Of a stretch of 64,000 bases of DNA, positions 44,750-58,930 are shown in pieces. The position numbers and the translations under genes were made by a program. Under the pieces are notes generated by a model that saw only the letters and a list, made by a program, of their open reading frames with translations, was not told where the DNA came from and made no database searches. Source of the DNA: Mytilus californianus (lineage: Eukaryota); contig NW_026262581.1 of assembly GCF_021869535.1 (NCBI RefSeq), positions 82,894,001 to 82,958,000 of the forward strand, given 5' to 3'. Position 1 is the stretch's first letter; the number at the start of each line of letters is the position of its first letter.

Positions 44750-47550
44750 TAATATAAACTTTATTGCAAAACATGAAACCCTGGAGGGTTAAAATGCAAA
44801 CATATAATTGACCAATGTGGACCCTATTTTAGCAATTCCATAGATTGCTTTATATAGTCTACAACACTAGACAAAATATCTTTATTGGGATCTAGAATAG
44901 TTTTAAGTTTAGAGTTTGAGTCAAGCTGGTTAAAATTAGGATAATGGGTTTTAATTGCATTTATAAGGGAATGTCTTACATTACTGTTAATTTGGCAATG
45001 AAGGAAAAGTGTTCCTCATCATCTAAAATTTTACAAACTTTGCACAGTCTGTGTTCTCTTTGAATTTTTTTTATAACGTCCTAATTCAATTTCCAAATTA
45101 TGATCACTTACACGTAATTTTGTTAAAAGTTGACGACTATTAAAATTGTTTAGATTGTGCAAGTAGTCCTCCAATTTAATTTCATTTTTAAGTTTACTAT
45201 AAAGATAAAGTTTTGAACTGTTATCAATATTTGAAAGTTTTTGAAGAGTGATGTTATTATACTTTTCCTTCACAATATGTTTAAAAGTTTTTTTGAGTGA
45301 ATTTTTTATAAGTTTAAAAGGTTAATCAAAATCAACATATTCTTCTTCATCAATATTAAATTCTTTAAAAATATGCTTGGCAAAAGTATACCAAGTATAT
45401 ATTCCATCTTCAGACATAGACTTATTTACTGCAAAAGCTTCTCTAACAAGAGGGTTTATTTCATGGCAGTTTATTCTACAAAAATATAATAAAACTTGAG
45501 TTTTAATAAAAGAGTCAAGCGGAAATCGTCCTAACTCAGACTTTGCAGCTATATTACATGAGGTTTTTTTAATTCCAAGAACAGTTTTACAAAATTTATG
45601 ATGCACTTTCTCAAAGCTGAATCTATCTGCCAATGATAAAATATCACAGTTAGTTCCATGCAAAGTGGCTCTATTTATGGCTCTAAAAATTGAGTAATAA
45701 TCTTCCATAAACCAGATCTCGCTATTATATAAAATTATGGGTTTAATTAGTGAATCAAATAATTTACATGATAATCAACAGGAACATGATGAAAATTAGA
45801 CATATATTTTTTTAATGAAAATTACGCTTTAAGCGCTTTCTTGGATAGTTCATGTGTAGATCTCTTAAATTTTCCTTTATTATCAATAATGTCCCCAAGA
45901 AAATTATACTCTTTAACTTCAGTTAACTGATTTTGATTATAAAAAAATTTTGACTCAAAAGAATTTCTAGAATGAAAAATCATAATTTTTGTTTTATTTG
46001 TATTTACAGTCAGTTGCCATTTGTAGCAATATTTTTCCAGTTTATTCAAAGTAGATTGTAAACCGTTTTGTGTTCTGATAATATTAAAAGATCATCAGCA
46101 AAACTAAGACTACTTAATGATGTTTCATCTAAGGACACAGGATCACATGTCCCATCAAAAATTGAATGGAGATCATTAATAAAACAATTAAACAATGTGG
46201 GGCTCAAACTGTCTCCTTGTTTGACCCCTTTATTTATTTCAAAAAATTCAGATTGTTTATTATCTATTTTAACTGAAGATTCACAACACTTATATATATC
46301 TTTAATTACTTCAAATATTTTCTTTCCAACATCATCCTTTTTTAATTTGTATAAGAGACCAGCATGCCAAACGGTGTCAAATGCACGACGCAAATCAACA
46401 AAGCAAGAGTAAATTTTACTCTTCTTTTTTTGTCAAATATTTTATTATTAAAGTTTTTAGAATAAAAATACTATCTGCTGTCCTATGATTATTTCTAAAT
46501 CCAAATTGATGAACTGAAAACTTTTCTTCATAATAAGTTACAACTCTAGAATTAATAACAGCACTAAAAAGTTTAGCAATACAATTTTGAAGGGAAATTC
46601 CCCTATAGTTATTAATATCTAGCTTGTCTCCAGCTTTATGAATAAGTATGGTAAAAGATTTTCTCCAGTTTGATGGATATTTACCAGAATCAAGAATTAA
46701 ATTAAAAAGCTTAGTAATAGCTTTACAAGTAAAAACACCACTATATTTAATAATTTCATTGAACCTGAGCTTTTCCCAGTTTTTAATTTTTGCATACATT
46801 TATTTACTTCATTGATAGTAAAAGGTTTATCAGTTACCTCATTGAATAAAAGTGCATCATTTTCATTTAATATATCGGTTTCAATTTTAGTTTTAAATTC
46901 TTTATCATAGTTTACAGTCTCTCCTTGATGCTTAAAATGATCAATAATTTCTGGAAAACCAGCTTGAAGCTCAATTTTATTATTAGTGTTCTCATATTTT
47001 AATGATTTTAATAATTTCCAATATTGTTTAGGGTCTGTATCTCTAAGGGCTGAAAGCTTACTAAATATTTCCTTTTTAAATTGATTTTTCTTTCTTTTTA
47101 TTAATGTTTTACATAGTTTACAGTGACCAAGAAAATTATTTCTTAAATTGAGGTTATAAGGATTTATTCGTAATAATTTGGCTAGATTTGATACAGTTTT
47201 CTTTACATCGGCTTTTTCTTTTTTAATTTCTTTTTACGAAAGGATTTAATAATTTTACATGAGCGCATGGTTAATGTTTTAAATATATTATTTAGTTGTT
47301 GTTCTGCTCTCTCAACCCCAGAACAATTTATTTCAAATGGTGTATTTTCATAACCAAGTATTTCATCTCTAGTGCTGCTTTCTTCTAAAACAGTATATAA
47401 TTTTTCCTTAGAAATAGTCTCCCATTTAAATGTCATATCTATCTCACTGTATTTTCTATCTATATTCATATTTTGAATGGACATACAACCTTTTAAAAAG
47501 ACTACAATTTGAGCATGATCAGATAAATATGAATTTAATCAGTTGTATCG
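44750..47550 (-). mobile_element. CR1/L2-group LINE ORF2, 5'-truncated and frameshifted
   Basis: LSDHAQI (end of APE endonuclease), NYRGISL, QFGFR, DLRRAFDTVWH, GVKQGDSLSPTLFN, LSFADDLLIL, KLRVSDHNLEIELGRY; AATAAAG tail near 44760. Confidence 0.92.
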
Positions 47551-50189
47551 TGTATAAAGGTTGAGCATCGAAATGTCACATTGTGTCCAAAGAAGTACTA
47601 TATCGGTTATCGAGTTACAGATCGCTGATACCAGGTTGATATTTTACAGGGTAAAATGTGTTTTTAATTATGTACTTACCTACCGTTTTTTTGTTTGTTT
47701 TTTAATTCTTGTTTGTATTTAATTTTATCTCAATCAGTGGAACAATATGTACATTGAATAATCTAGAAAAGATTTGGTTGAAAAACATTTAACTATACAT
47801 TGGATAAAAAACGATCAAAATGAAGATAAATATGACTGTATGAAAACTCATCAAAGATACCAGGTATTATAAAACAATAATAAGTAATTCTTGCATTTAA
47901 TGAAATCAAGCACGGAGTCCTCTTTTGATGATATAGAAATCATGCTTCTCTAACAACCTCATACCTCTAGCTGTACTTTAATTCTAGTAGTTTTTAAATA
48001 GCAACATATTGCCCAGTACAAAGAGGACACAATGCCCTATGTAATATAAAAAAAAAAGGAATATGTGGTATGATTGGCAATAAGAAAAATTTATATAAAA
48101 AAATCCTAAGACCTTCAACTATAAAAGGCACCGGTTTATAATTTAACGATGAACTAAAAACACATATGGTATACAACAACATACGACAACCTGGATTCTT
48201 TTAAAGGGATAGATACAAATGTTTTCAGTTTTGAATGTTTAAACATGTTTTTGAGCTTTACACTCCCCTAATTTACGGTAAAAATCAATGATAAAGAGCT
48301 TGACTCCAACCTTCGATTTGTAAAAATATTTTCTGTTTGTAGTAGCCACAATTCTGTCCACCTTTCCACGATTTTGACCTTGCCAAACTCGATCAATCAC
48401 TGGACGTTTACTTGTCAAGAGCTGCATGATGGGTGGTCAGAAACTGCTTACCTTTCTGGAGTACATGAAACATCACTCATAATCTTTTTCTTTAATCTAT
48501 ATCGACCAGTGTTTTTTGTAGGGTTGTGACAACTAATATTTGTATTTTTATCTAGTTTCTGAGATTACAGCTGCATTCTTGATATCGTCTTATGTTTTAT
48601 ATCGAGGTTTAACCTGTATATAAGTGAATCTATCTTATTTAATAACCTGATATCTAATGGTTCGTTTTTGCTCAATCTTTAGTTTTCTGTGCAGTTTATG
48701 TGAACAGATGTTGTTATTGTTTCGTCGTTTTTATTTTAAACATTGTGTTGTCTGTATTGTTTGGGACTTGTAAGGTTATACATGCCATATTTTAGACATA
48801 TCATTTTGAAAAATTGCATGTCAAGTTCAACCATATTTATCACCTGTGGTCTTAACTTTTGCCATAGTGAACTTATTTAATAGGCCGCCTCCCTTTACTA
48901 GCTTTAACCTCTATTATCAATTTTTCACTAATCTACCTTTATTTAACATATATTCCAACACAACATTGCAACTAATACATCTATATCGTCTGTCAAATTC
49001 TAAAAACTGACCTTGATGTTTGACCTATTAACTGTAAAGTACTTCTTTCCCTTTCTAGTTTCATCTATGCTTGTAAAGGTTCATTTCAAACCAACAACTG
49101 AAACTGAAATAACAATTGGATTTATTCCCCTCACAATATTTTATTTTGATAACAGTGACCTTCAAATTTGACCTGTTAACAACGTACTTCCTATTATTCC
49201 CTATATCTTTCATTCATATATGTTTTGCTCGTAAATCTGAGCACAGAACTTATGCTTGGTACTATAGTCTGTAAATATAAACACAAAAGAGGAACAAGTA
49301 AGATGAATTATTTTTCCGGCAATCTGTTTCAATGTGCGTTATGGGTCAGTAAGACAAGGAGCTGTAAAGAGCATGTGTCGCGCATCTAGGTTTATATTCA
49401 TCCTCAACAATCATATGGACACGCTTCAACATTGTGGACTAGAAAAGAAGAACAAATCTCTTTTTTGTTGACATTTTTTTAATGTTTACAGTTTCTCTCT
49501 TTATCTTTGTCCAAAGCAAAAAAAGGTAAACATCGTCATTTAAGGTCAATCACTCGTAAAAAGTGACTACTCGCGATTTCGGCAAAAATTGTATCTATTT
49601 GTAGATCTTGTCTTTCTAATGATTTTTGTTTTTTAAAGTGTCTGATTTTGTTAGTTTTCAAGATTATAGTTATACACATCGTTATTCAAAAGTAATAACT
49701 ATATAAGGAGTCGTCAAACTATTTCAAATGGCCTTGTATGTAGATCTTACTTGTTAGAATAATTTATATGTATGTTTGAGATATTTAGTACGTTGTGTTG
49801 TATGTTTGTGATGTGTGTTTACACAGATTTGGCTGCTGGATCCAAATTATTGTCATATTAACCTATTATGTATGTTTTGGTTGCTCACCCAATTTTGTCA
49901 ATATAACCGAATTATAAACAACCGGCATACAAGTGGGAGGTTCATCTAGCTATGAAACCAGGTTAACCCACCATTTTCTTTGGAAATGCCATTACCAAGT
50001 CATGAATATGAATTTGCCTTGGAGTTCGTTATTTTCTTTTTATTGTTTTTTGCTAATCACTTTTGCTATTAAAAGTTTCTCTCTATCCATAAAAGTTTTC
50101 ATACTAATAGGGAAAAATGAAAAAAAGATGCTAAAATTTCTCTTTTAAAGACAATAACTTCTATGAGAAGTTGTCTGAGAGTTTTGATG

Positions 50190-50545
50190 TAAAAGGACAA
50201 TAGGTAGATCTCAACATTCTCAGCATTTTGCCTTGTACGATTTTCCCTATTTATAGCAATTTTCAAGATAATAGACAAAACTTGCATTTTACCTACTGGT
50301 ATGTTTTTAAAGCCATGTCGTTCTTGTTGGTAGACAGGCGGGTTCATCGGACACATTTTTAAAACGAGATACCCCAATGCTGAGTGTGGCCAAGTGTGGT
50401 TAAATTTGGCCTTGAAGTTTCAAAGGATACGATTTTTGAAAGAGTTAACGGACGACGAACGACGACGGACGCCAAGTGATGAGAAAAGTTCCCATTGCCC
50501 TTTGGTCCACGCGAAAGGGTCAAGGAAGGGTCAGGTGAGCTAGAA
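50190..50545 (+). mobile_element. HINE-like element (same family as 16036-16195)
   Basis: Shared GACGACGGACGCCAAGTGATGAGAAAAG..CAGGTGAGCTA end. Confidence 0.65.
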
Positions 50546-52977
50546 CACGTGTTCCCGATAAATGTAAACACATAAAAGTCCTCCATATATTGCACCTAAT
50601 ACAGTGATTAAATTGGTCAATGAGCCGAGGTAAAATTGATCCTTGTTATGTAAACAAACAATTATATTGATGAAACCATCAGTATGCTAATCTATGCGTA
50701 TCCGTAAAAGGTAGTGTACCCGACCTGCTTAATATGTTTAATTTAAAACTCGATCTGATTAGCAAGTCAACGTAAGGTATCTATCCACAAGATACAAGCA
50801 GAAGAATTTAAAAAGCACATCATGTGTTTATAATATACATTAAGTTTGTCTCGAAATTAAATTGATAAAAACCCTTTACTTCGTATTTTTACGTTAAAAA
50901 GTGGATCAAATGACTAAGTACTATTTGATAATCGTAAGAATACTTCCTTTTATTATTTTTAGTACACTGTGATTGTACAGTAACCATTCTTTAACAAGGT
51001 AATTTGTAATTGTTTATTTCAAGTTTAAAGTCAAACAAATACTTAGCAGCTATTAATTGTTTTTTTCCAAATTTTTATAATTGGAAAATGTAGTTTCATT
51101 TACCACTATGAAACAGAAAATTACTTTACCATGAATCGTTTTTGGCTAGCGTTCTTTACCCGATATATGCTTGAGGGTTTAAAACTATTATAGGTTGCAC
51201 TTCTGTAAATGTAGACGATGCAATTTCGTATAGGAACTTCTATTACGGCTAAAACTGTGCCACTTGCTATGAATTTTCGTAAAACATTATATCCTAGTTC
51301 ATATGCACTACCATTTTTCTAAGGTGAAAACATAGGGCTGTGCGACCCCTTCGCTGTGGGTCTTCCTCAGAATCAATTTGGCTGCTATCCATGTGTATTA
51401 ATACTGGTAAAATTCCCAAGTTGTGTCTCTATGAGATGAAACAGAGATCATATCTGGGAACCAGTAGGTTAACAAAATAAAATATCTATGAATATTATAT
51501 ATCTCCCCAAAAGAGGCATGGTTTATGAAATTGCTGTATTTGCATAGTGCAACATATACTAACATTTATGTAAATAGAAAAATCTTCAAAATTACTTTTT
51601 CTCGCAACAATACTTATTTATCAGAATCATAGTCTAAAAGAATTCACTGCATATATTATATCTTTTCTTTTACAAAACATTTAATACCTTTTTTCTGTTT
51701 CTGTTTCAAAGAATTTGAAAACAAGACTTTAATTATTTACAGCTTACCCTATGTTCATGTTTTCATATATGAAATGCCTAGAATCTGTTTGAAATAATTC
51801 TGATAACAAATTGAAAGCGTTATAGAGTACTATAAATGTAACGTTTCACAGTTAATCATACAAACATTCAAGGTTATATAAAGTATCCAATCCTGCCTCT
51901 GTCTCCAGTCCACATCTTACTGTATGCCTATTCAATTATGTTTGCTTCAAATGGTCAGTTTAAAGAACTTGTTATAATTGTATCATCTCTAACCATATAT
52001 CAAACATAATTTTGCTAACATATGAATTAGAAGTGTTTAAACAAAGCCATATTTGCAAAAGTTATAATATGTATGAAGTTACTAGTTTGATATATAAATT
52101 CATTAAAAGTTTTATATTATTGACTGTTAAAATCTGCAAAACTTCAAAGCAAGGTTATTTTTTTCTATGCAAAAGATCATTATAATAATAAAAGCATAGC
52201 CTTTACAGGTTATATTATCTGTTTTATGACCAAAAGGTTAGGGATTTTTCTCTGTTTTTGCCACTGGGGGCTCAAATTTGCTAAATAACTCTGCAACTCG
52301 ACAGGACAAAACACACCAACAACAATGGTCATCAAGGATCTATGAGTTTCAATGACTGCGAAAAGTAAATATAAGCACTTCTTAACACTCAAAATTACAT
52401 ATATGCATATATCATGAAATTACTTTGCACACAGGGATTTAGGTAAACTATGCATACTATTAACTGTGAATTTATGCTGATTCATCATATTCAAGGCACA
52501 GGTTTTTCACAATCGTCTTTAAGTATTTATATAATTTTATGTTTGAGTTAATTTCATTAAAATTGTTTAAGATAAACGAGATTTAGTGAAATTCTATATG
52601 TTCTCCTTTTCAATGTATATCGTTTTAATAATACAAGACAAGTAAATGTATATTACAGATGCCGGTTGTGGTATTAATACATTCATATGATGTATCAAAT
52701 TGATACATACAGACCAAATTTGTCATTGAAATCATTTATGGATGTAACAAGTATATCGAACGATTTCATATTTCAATAAATTAATTAGGTCAGATGGAAT
52801 ACGAATTTTGTTTGTGTATTAACGATAACAACTAAGATTGCAAGCATATTTTGTTTTACATCCTGTACATGTTAATCATCAATTAAAAAAACAACGTATA
52901 CAAATTTATTTAGATTCTAACAATTTATTGGCAGATAACTTAGTTCTGGTTGGACGTGCTACATTAGATTTTATACC

Positions 52978-55900
52978 ATGTTATGTAAAATACTTATCCA
53001 AGTAACTGTTTTATGGACTGTTGCAGCACAAGGTAACTTATGTTTTTGTATATTGTTAATTATATCCACTGATTATTTATTTACATCATTTCACTCAAGT
53101 GTAAAGTATCGATGATAAAAAAAATTAAAAAAAAAAACAAAAAAAAAAACAGATTTTTTCGTTGAAAGACATAGAGAAGTTTACTCACATATATGTTCTA
53201 TTAGGCTGTTACATTTTGACTTTCAAGTAAAATAAGAATGGCACTTAGACACTTGAAACTGAATGTTTAACTCGATCCTGGTGTTCAGAGTTCTTAATTT
53301 GTTGTCTGATATACATCAGTTTTTCCTGTCTCAATATACTAAAAGTAATCTATACCCGATATGACAATTGACAAAACACTAACCTTTTGTGCCGACATAT
53401 TTGTCCCTCGTCATGGTGGATAATTTTGAATACCCATAAAGGATAATATACAATTATGACCCGTAGAAAAGGTGAATATTCAAAATTGTCAACACGATAA
53501 GGTTATTTCACTGAGGGCGCACCCCGAAGTGAAATAATTTTTAGGGTTGACAATTTTGGATATTATCGCTTCTAAGGGGCCACCATTGTTTTATTATACC
53601 GAACTAACAGTGGAAGGGCCTTTTGAACCATTGAAAAAGCACTAACCTTACTGTAAAGTAACAAACACAAGTTAATTAACGTTCGAGAATAAATTTGTGC
53701 CTTAGAATTTCTCGTATGTACAACAAAGGTAGAATCTTTTTGTAAAACGTTGATGGCCCCGAAAAGAGCGTTTTTAAGAGATATCATTAGCACTAGATGA
53801 ATTTCCAAAGCCTTGTTTCCTCGTCACTCGATGGGCTGCCTGTAACAGGAACTTTGCCATGCATTTTGTTTACTTACGTCTGTGACGTCAATTTCATGGG
53901 AGATAACTCGTGTACAAATCAAGAAACTCAGAAAGGTTATTCGCCGATGTAGATTTTAAGGGTTATACGTCCTTCCTTGCAATTAAATGAAAATTAACTG
54001 AACTTATCCATGTCACGCAATAACGTGTTACCCAATAAAATTGTTTATAATATATGTAAGGTATAACAATAAGATTTTTCACACGAGTTTCAAGATCAAT
54101 TGTTGCAATCAAGAACAGGTCATAACCATCATTTTGCAGATATCAAATGAGAAATTGTCAAACAGTCTTCAAATAAGCTTGAGTTGCTCTGACAATGTAG
54201 TGTATGAGTTAAATATTGAAATAGTCAATCTTAAAAATATAACAGTTGAAATTATTTGATAATTGATTCATCTGTTCAATATTTATGTTTGGTTTCATTT
54301 TCACCAGGAATCACTGAATAATCCCATGGGGTGTAAATACACGTTTATTTGCTCGTCGAAGTATGGGATTTACCTATAGTTGTATTTTGTTAAATATATT
54401 TTTTTTTGGGGAAAATGTAGCGTTGATAGCAAGTAACTGATAATTCATTGTCAAAACGCCGGTGAAAATTTTGATCTATTTTATTGATGAAGTTTTTTAA
54501 GACCGTAAACTATGCTGACCTCTAGATATATATTGTTTTTATTTGGCTCGGTTTGTTGTCTCATTAACGATAACCTTAGATCTCTATTTATCAGAACAAT
54601 AACCTATTTGGTTTCTGGAAATAATCAATCATGTCATGCTAAAGACAAATTCTCTCAAGAACAGAATATTCAATGATTATAAAAATAGTTGGTTAATGCA
54701 ACATTAAAAGCGGTTATAACACAAATTCAATTTTATGCGTATTGTGTCGCATCAAGATGCAAAGATATTAAGTTCCAGAGATATACACACCATCTTGAAA
54801 TTATTATCTAACAAAAGTTACTTCGATTGTTTTTTTTCCTGATGTTGTTGCTCAGATTCTATTGGCTTAGATAAGTTATTTTATAAGGAACGTCTAATAA
54901 TAGAGGCGAAGAAGTTATGGGTGTTGAGCCCCGATGAAGGGATTATGTTATTGATAATGCATATTTTAAAGTTCTTCTTGTCGTATAGCACACCGAGGGT
55001 TGTCAGGATTGATTAAATCGTAGGGAGGTCTTTCTTTGGCAATCCTGACACCCAGAGGTGTGTTATACGACAGTGAAAACATTAAATATGAATTATCTGA
55101 CTTATATATCGTCAAAAATATTATTTTCTGCAAAGATTTGAATGATTTGCATCCTATTCTATCGACCATACTAAAATGGGATATTCTTTTTTGGTGTGTT
55201 CAGGTTTGAATACGCCCTACGGCTCATTTATAATGTGAAATAAAACTCACTCTTAGTTTTTTTTATCAACTTAGAAATCATTATCCAGTTACAATACAAA
55301 TAGTATTTCCAGTTACAATACAAATAGTAATTCTTTATGATATTTATATCGCAGAAAAGCAGATTCTTTTAACGGATTATAACGAACTATTCAGAATAAT
55401 TGTTTTTTAAATATTACACCCCCATCCAATTATGAAGTACATGGCTGTTATTTATAGAAAATAAGAATATTTGGTCATTTTATCATTTAATAGAGTAAAA
55501 GGTTTATATAGATGTAAAAAATTAGGAACTGGCACGAATAGAGCATGAAATCGTGATACATGTACACGTAACACGAAAAACGAATATCCATAAGTCAAAG
55601 TATGATTTCCAATAAAGTGTGAATCAATAAGATATTCAAAATCCTACACACGATTGTGTGAAATCTGGCTTGTTTTAAAAGTGTTTTGAAAATTTTGCAT
55701 TATTAAATTCAACTCACATAATGTCTCTTTATTGTAACGAAAATTAACAAAACTTCACATTATTTGTTTTCGAAAGTTAAAATGTGCATCAACGACGTTT
55801 TTTGGTATTTCAGTCTAATAAACGGAGGAGATGATTGTTTCTGCCTTAAACCTATTAGTTTTCTAAAAAAGGAAATACCTGTACCAAGTCAGGAATATGA

Positions 55901-57245
55901 CAGTTGCTTTCCATTCGTTTGATGTGTTTGAGCTTTTGATTTTGCCATTTGATAAGGGGCTTTCCAATTTGAATTTTCTTGGAGTTCGGTATTTTTGTTA
56001 TTTTACTTTTTTCTATTAAAGATAAAAATAAACAAAATAATCCCAATTGGCAACAACATCCGGTACCTTTTAAACGAATTTAATTTTAGGTAAATTATAG
56101 TTTGCATTTTAATCAAGGAAAATAATGACCTTACACAGGTCATTATTTTATGCATTAAAGCAAATTTCATTGAAACTTGGTATCGTCCGGGTTGACACAT
56201 CAAAAGAAAGACCTATCGTTCTGAAAGAAAATAACTCCATATAGGTATATAAATTGAAATATGATCGCGTCGGATAAGCGCTGATATTTTTATTGATATC
56301 TTTTTTATGCATTTCCTTTGCTTAATCTGCACTGTATACACGATTGTTTTATTCATAGTATTTCCTATGTATAATGTTTAATTATGTTGAACATATCACC
56401 AGTTATTGGATCATTACAGTCGTAATGAAATATAAATAGTTCTATTCACTGTATATGCTTTAAGTAAATTGTAAGTCTATCATTATATACAGTTTAGAAT
56501 GGGTATAGAACGTGTACTAAATAGTAAGTACAGTAAAACACGCATGTTCATAACGTCAACAATTGAAAAATTTCAGACAAAGAATAAGTAGTTTGTTGTG
56601 TTATCCCTGTGTGTCGTTTTTGAATAATCTGATGGGGAATCGAAGGGTTTTCACATGATAAGGTAAAACGTATAAAAATAAAAACACATGGATGAGAATG
56701 CATGGAAGGTATTATCTTCATTTACATCAGATTCAAACAGTCAGGTTTCCTGCAAGGTCATCTCATCTACATGCTACCGTATATCATACGAACCTAGTTA
56801 ACCGTCGAAGAAAGACATTAGTAACCTAATGAAATACATGTACATATATCGGAGTTGGCCAAGAACTGTAAACGTTGCTTGTAATTGCTCTGATCAATAC
56901 TTCATAGAACTCAACTATTCAAAGGATTGTCACAGCACAGTTTGCCATCAGTATTTTGGGTTTTCTGATTATTATGAGCAAAACTTGAAACAATTCAAGG
57001 AGATATTTGTAAAATTACCGAATCATTAATTTCAGAAAACCTTACACCATTTGGTAAGGCTACACAAAGTTCAATAGCATATGGTGCTGGACCACAAAAT
57101 GCAATTGATGAACCCATATCAAATGCATGGAGTTCAACGGGATGTACACACACTGTTGAAAATAAAAGGCCAGCTTGGTGGATGTTTAACTTTTCATTTG
57201 GATCTGCATTTATCACAGACGTAAAAATATATTACAGAGAAATTT
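52978..57245 (+). CDS. Secreted FTP-like domain protein, partial: join(52978-53032, 57036-57245)
   Basis: Signal-peptide exon MLCKILIQVTVLWTVAAQ G|GTAACT splices in phase to TTTCAG|ENLTPFGKATQSSIAYGAGPQNAIDEPISNAWSSTGCTHTVENKRPAWWMFNFSFGSAFITDVKIYYREI T|GTACGT. Later exons not found. Confidence 0.8.
53400..54070. mobile_element. Non-autonomous hairpin-bearing element (Crypton-N-like)
   Basis: Palindrome ~53457-53580 (AATATTCAAAATTGTCAAC / GTTGACAATTTTGGATATT; TTATTTCACT / AGTGAAATAA); ends TTATTATACC / GGTATAACAATAA. Confidence 0.5.
54980..55071. repeat. 92-bp imperfect palindrome
   Basis: GTCGTATAGCACACC / GGTGTGTTATACGAC and TGTCAGGATTG / CAATCCTGACA. Confidence 0.8.
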
Positions 57246-58029
57246 GTACGTATACATCGATGATTAACTCATATTTATATATTTAGTATTGAAATAAATA
57301 CTAACTAGATTTTGTAGGTTAACCAATTAGCGTACAATTATTGACAATTGTATGGTGTGGCTGCAGTTATATGTCAGTATTTAGGGGGATTATAAGCAAC
57401 TTAAAAACAAATTATTTTATTTGCAGTGAGGTCAAAATCTCTGCTCTGTGTTGAAGGCTTCGTCATTTTATTTACCGTAGGGTTATGTAAAGTGCGTTTT
57501 ATGATTTTGTATCTCGACTACATACAGAAGAGGTAACAGGATTTAACCGATGTTCAAATGTTTTAAATGTGATTGAATATCCGGAAAATATAAATTCCTA
57601 TGAATGTATATATGGTAATAATACAACTATAAACCAGAGACCAAATGACATGGATGTTAATTCCTTTAAATATTTGACATTTATACTTCAATATCTAAAT
57701 TCGAGATGTGAAATTGTAAAAAAAAAATATGATGTTTTTATCAAATAGTCTCAATGTTCATGATATTGAAGTCATGTATCTACACCTTTTCGTAGTTCAA
57801 AATTACATTCATTGAAGTTCTTATGATCCAATAAATCGCTTTAGATGAAGCCAGTGGAAATTTGTAACGTCTCACTGTCAATCACTTTTAGTTCAATTTT
57901 AAGAACTAACTTAATTGTTAAAATATGTTTCGTTATTGCCAATACATGTGTTATTTACAAATGTGAAAAAAGTATAGACTGAACAACACGAACATTAAAA
58001 AAACCGGGGCGATTCAAGGTTTTTCTGAA

Positions 58030-58930
58030 GCAGACCCTGCTCACTATGGCAGCCGTCATGTTGCTCATGGTTAATACAAATTTGGTGACACATCTGATTC
58101 GTTGATGTTACAATCCAGGAAAAGATGACGGGATTGTAGCTACGACCATTTGGAACATATCCATGTTTATATGTAACACTTATATTCCAAAACGGTTAAT
58201 CAACTAATGAATCATTCGCAGGGATGGCTTTAACTTACGCACTAGCAACCTTTAGGTCAATAGCTTCCTTGTTATCAGCAACCCTTATCACGGAACTCAT
58301 AATTTAGTACACAAGCCCTAAATATCGTTACAAATGGGAAATATGTACTCCATACGTAGGCGTTGATGGAATGTTGCTATAAAATTGAAATGAAAAAAAG
58401 AATCTGAAGATACCAAGTGGACATTCAACTTGAGTAAAAACAGACGAAAAATTCAACACCTACTACATAGAAAATTAAAAATAGAGCTACAAGAAATCAA
58501 CCTTAAACTGGGGTGAACTCAGGAAATTTTACAACAGGAAAGCTAAAATCATCTCCCTTGTCGTAAAGTTCTTTTCAAAAATTGACGCTCATTGGTAATT
58601 TCTAGCTGTTAGTCATTATAACTGTGAAGTAACCGATTCTGTGGTATCCTTTATTTCAATTTCGATAGAAAATTTGCGTCTAACAAAGTCATCATACTTT
58701 GAACAATTTAGTGACAGGACTTATTTTATTTTAAATCCGAAAATAATGCTAGATTCTTTTAATTCTTTATAAAGAGCTTCCCATATTATATGGAGTCTGC
58801 GTCAAATAAATCGAGAAACAAGTCGACAAGGTGAGAAGCACAGTTCATTTCCATAGAAATGCCGTTTTTTTGTTGAAAAAGTCCCCCAAACGTAACCAAT
58901 ATGTTGTCAAAAGAAAAGTTCAATAACATC
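58030..58930 (-). mobile_element. Old Penelope-like (Naiad-type) RT copy with nested ~130-bp same-family UTR insertion (~58390-58520)
   Basis: Colinear with 62845-63650, heavily mutated. Confidence 0.7.

Noticed and set aside
57426-57545. Candidate exon 3 of the secreted FTP gene
   Set aside because: Matches an interspersed repeat motif (CTCTGTGTTGAAGG), lacks domain residues, and ends in a stop.
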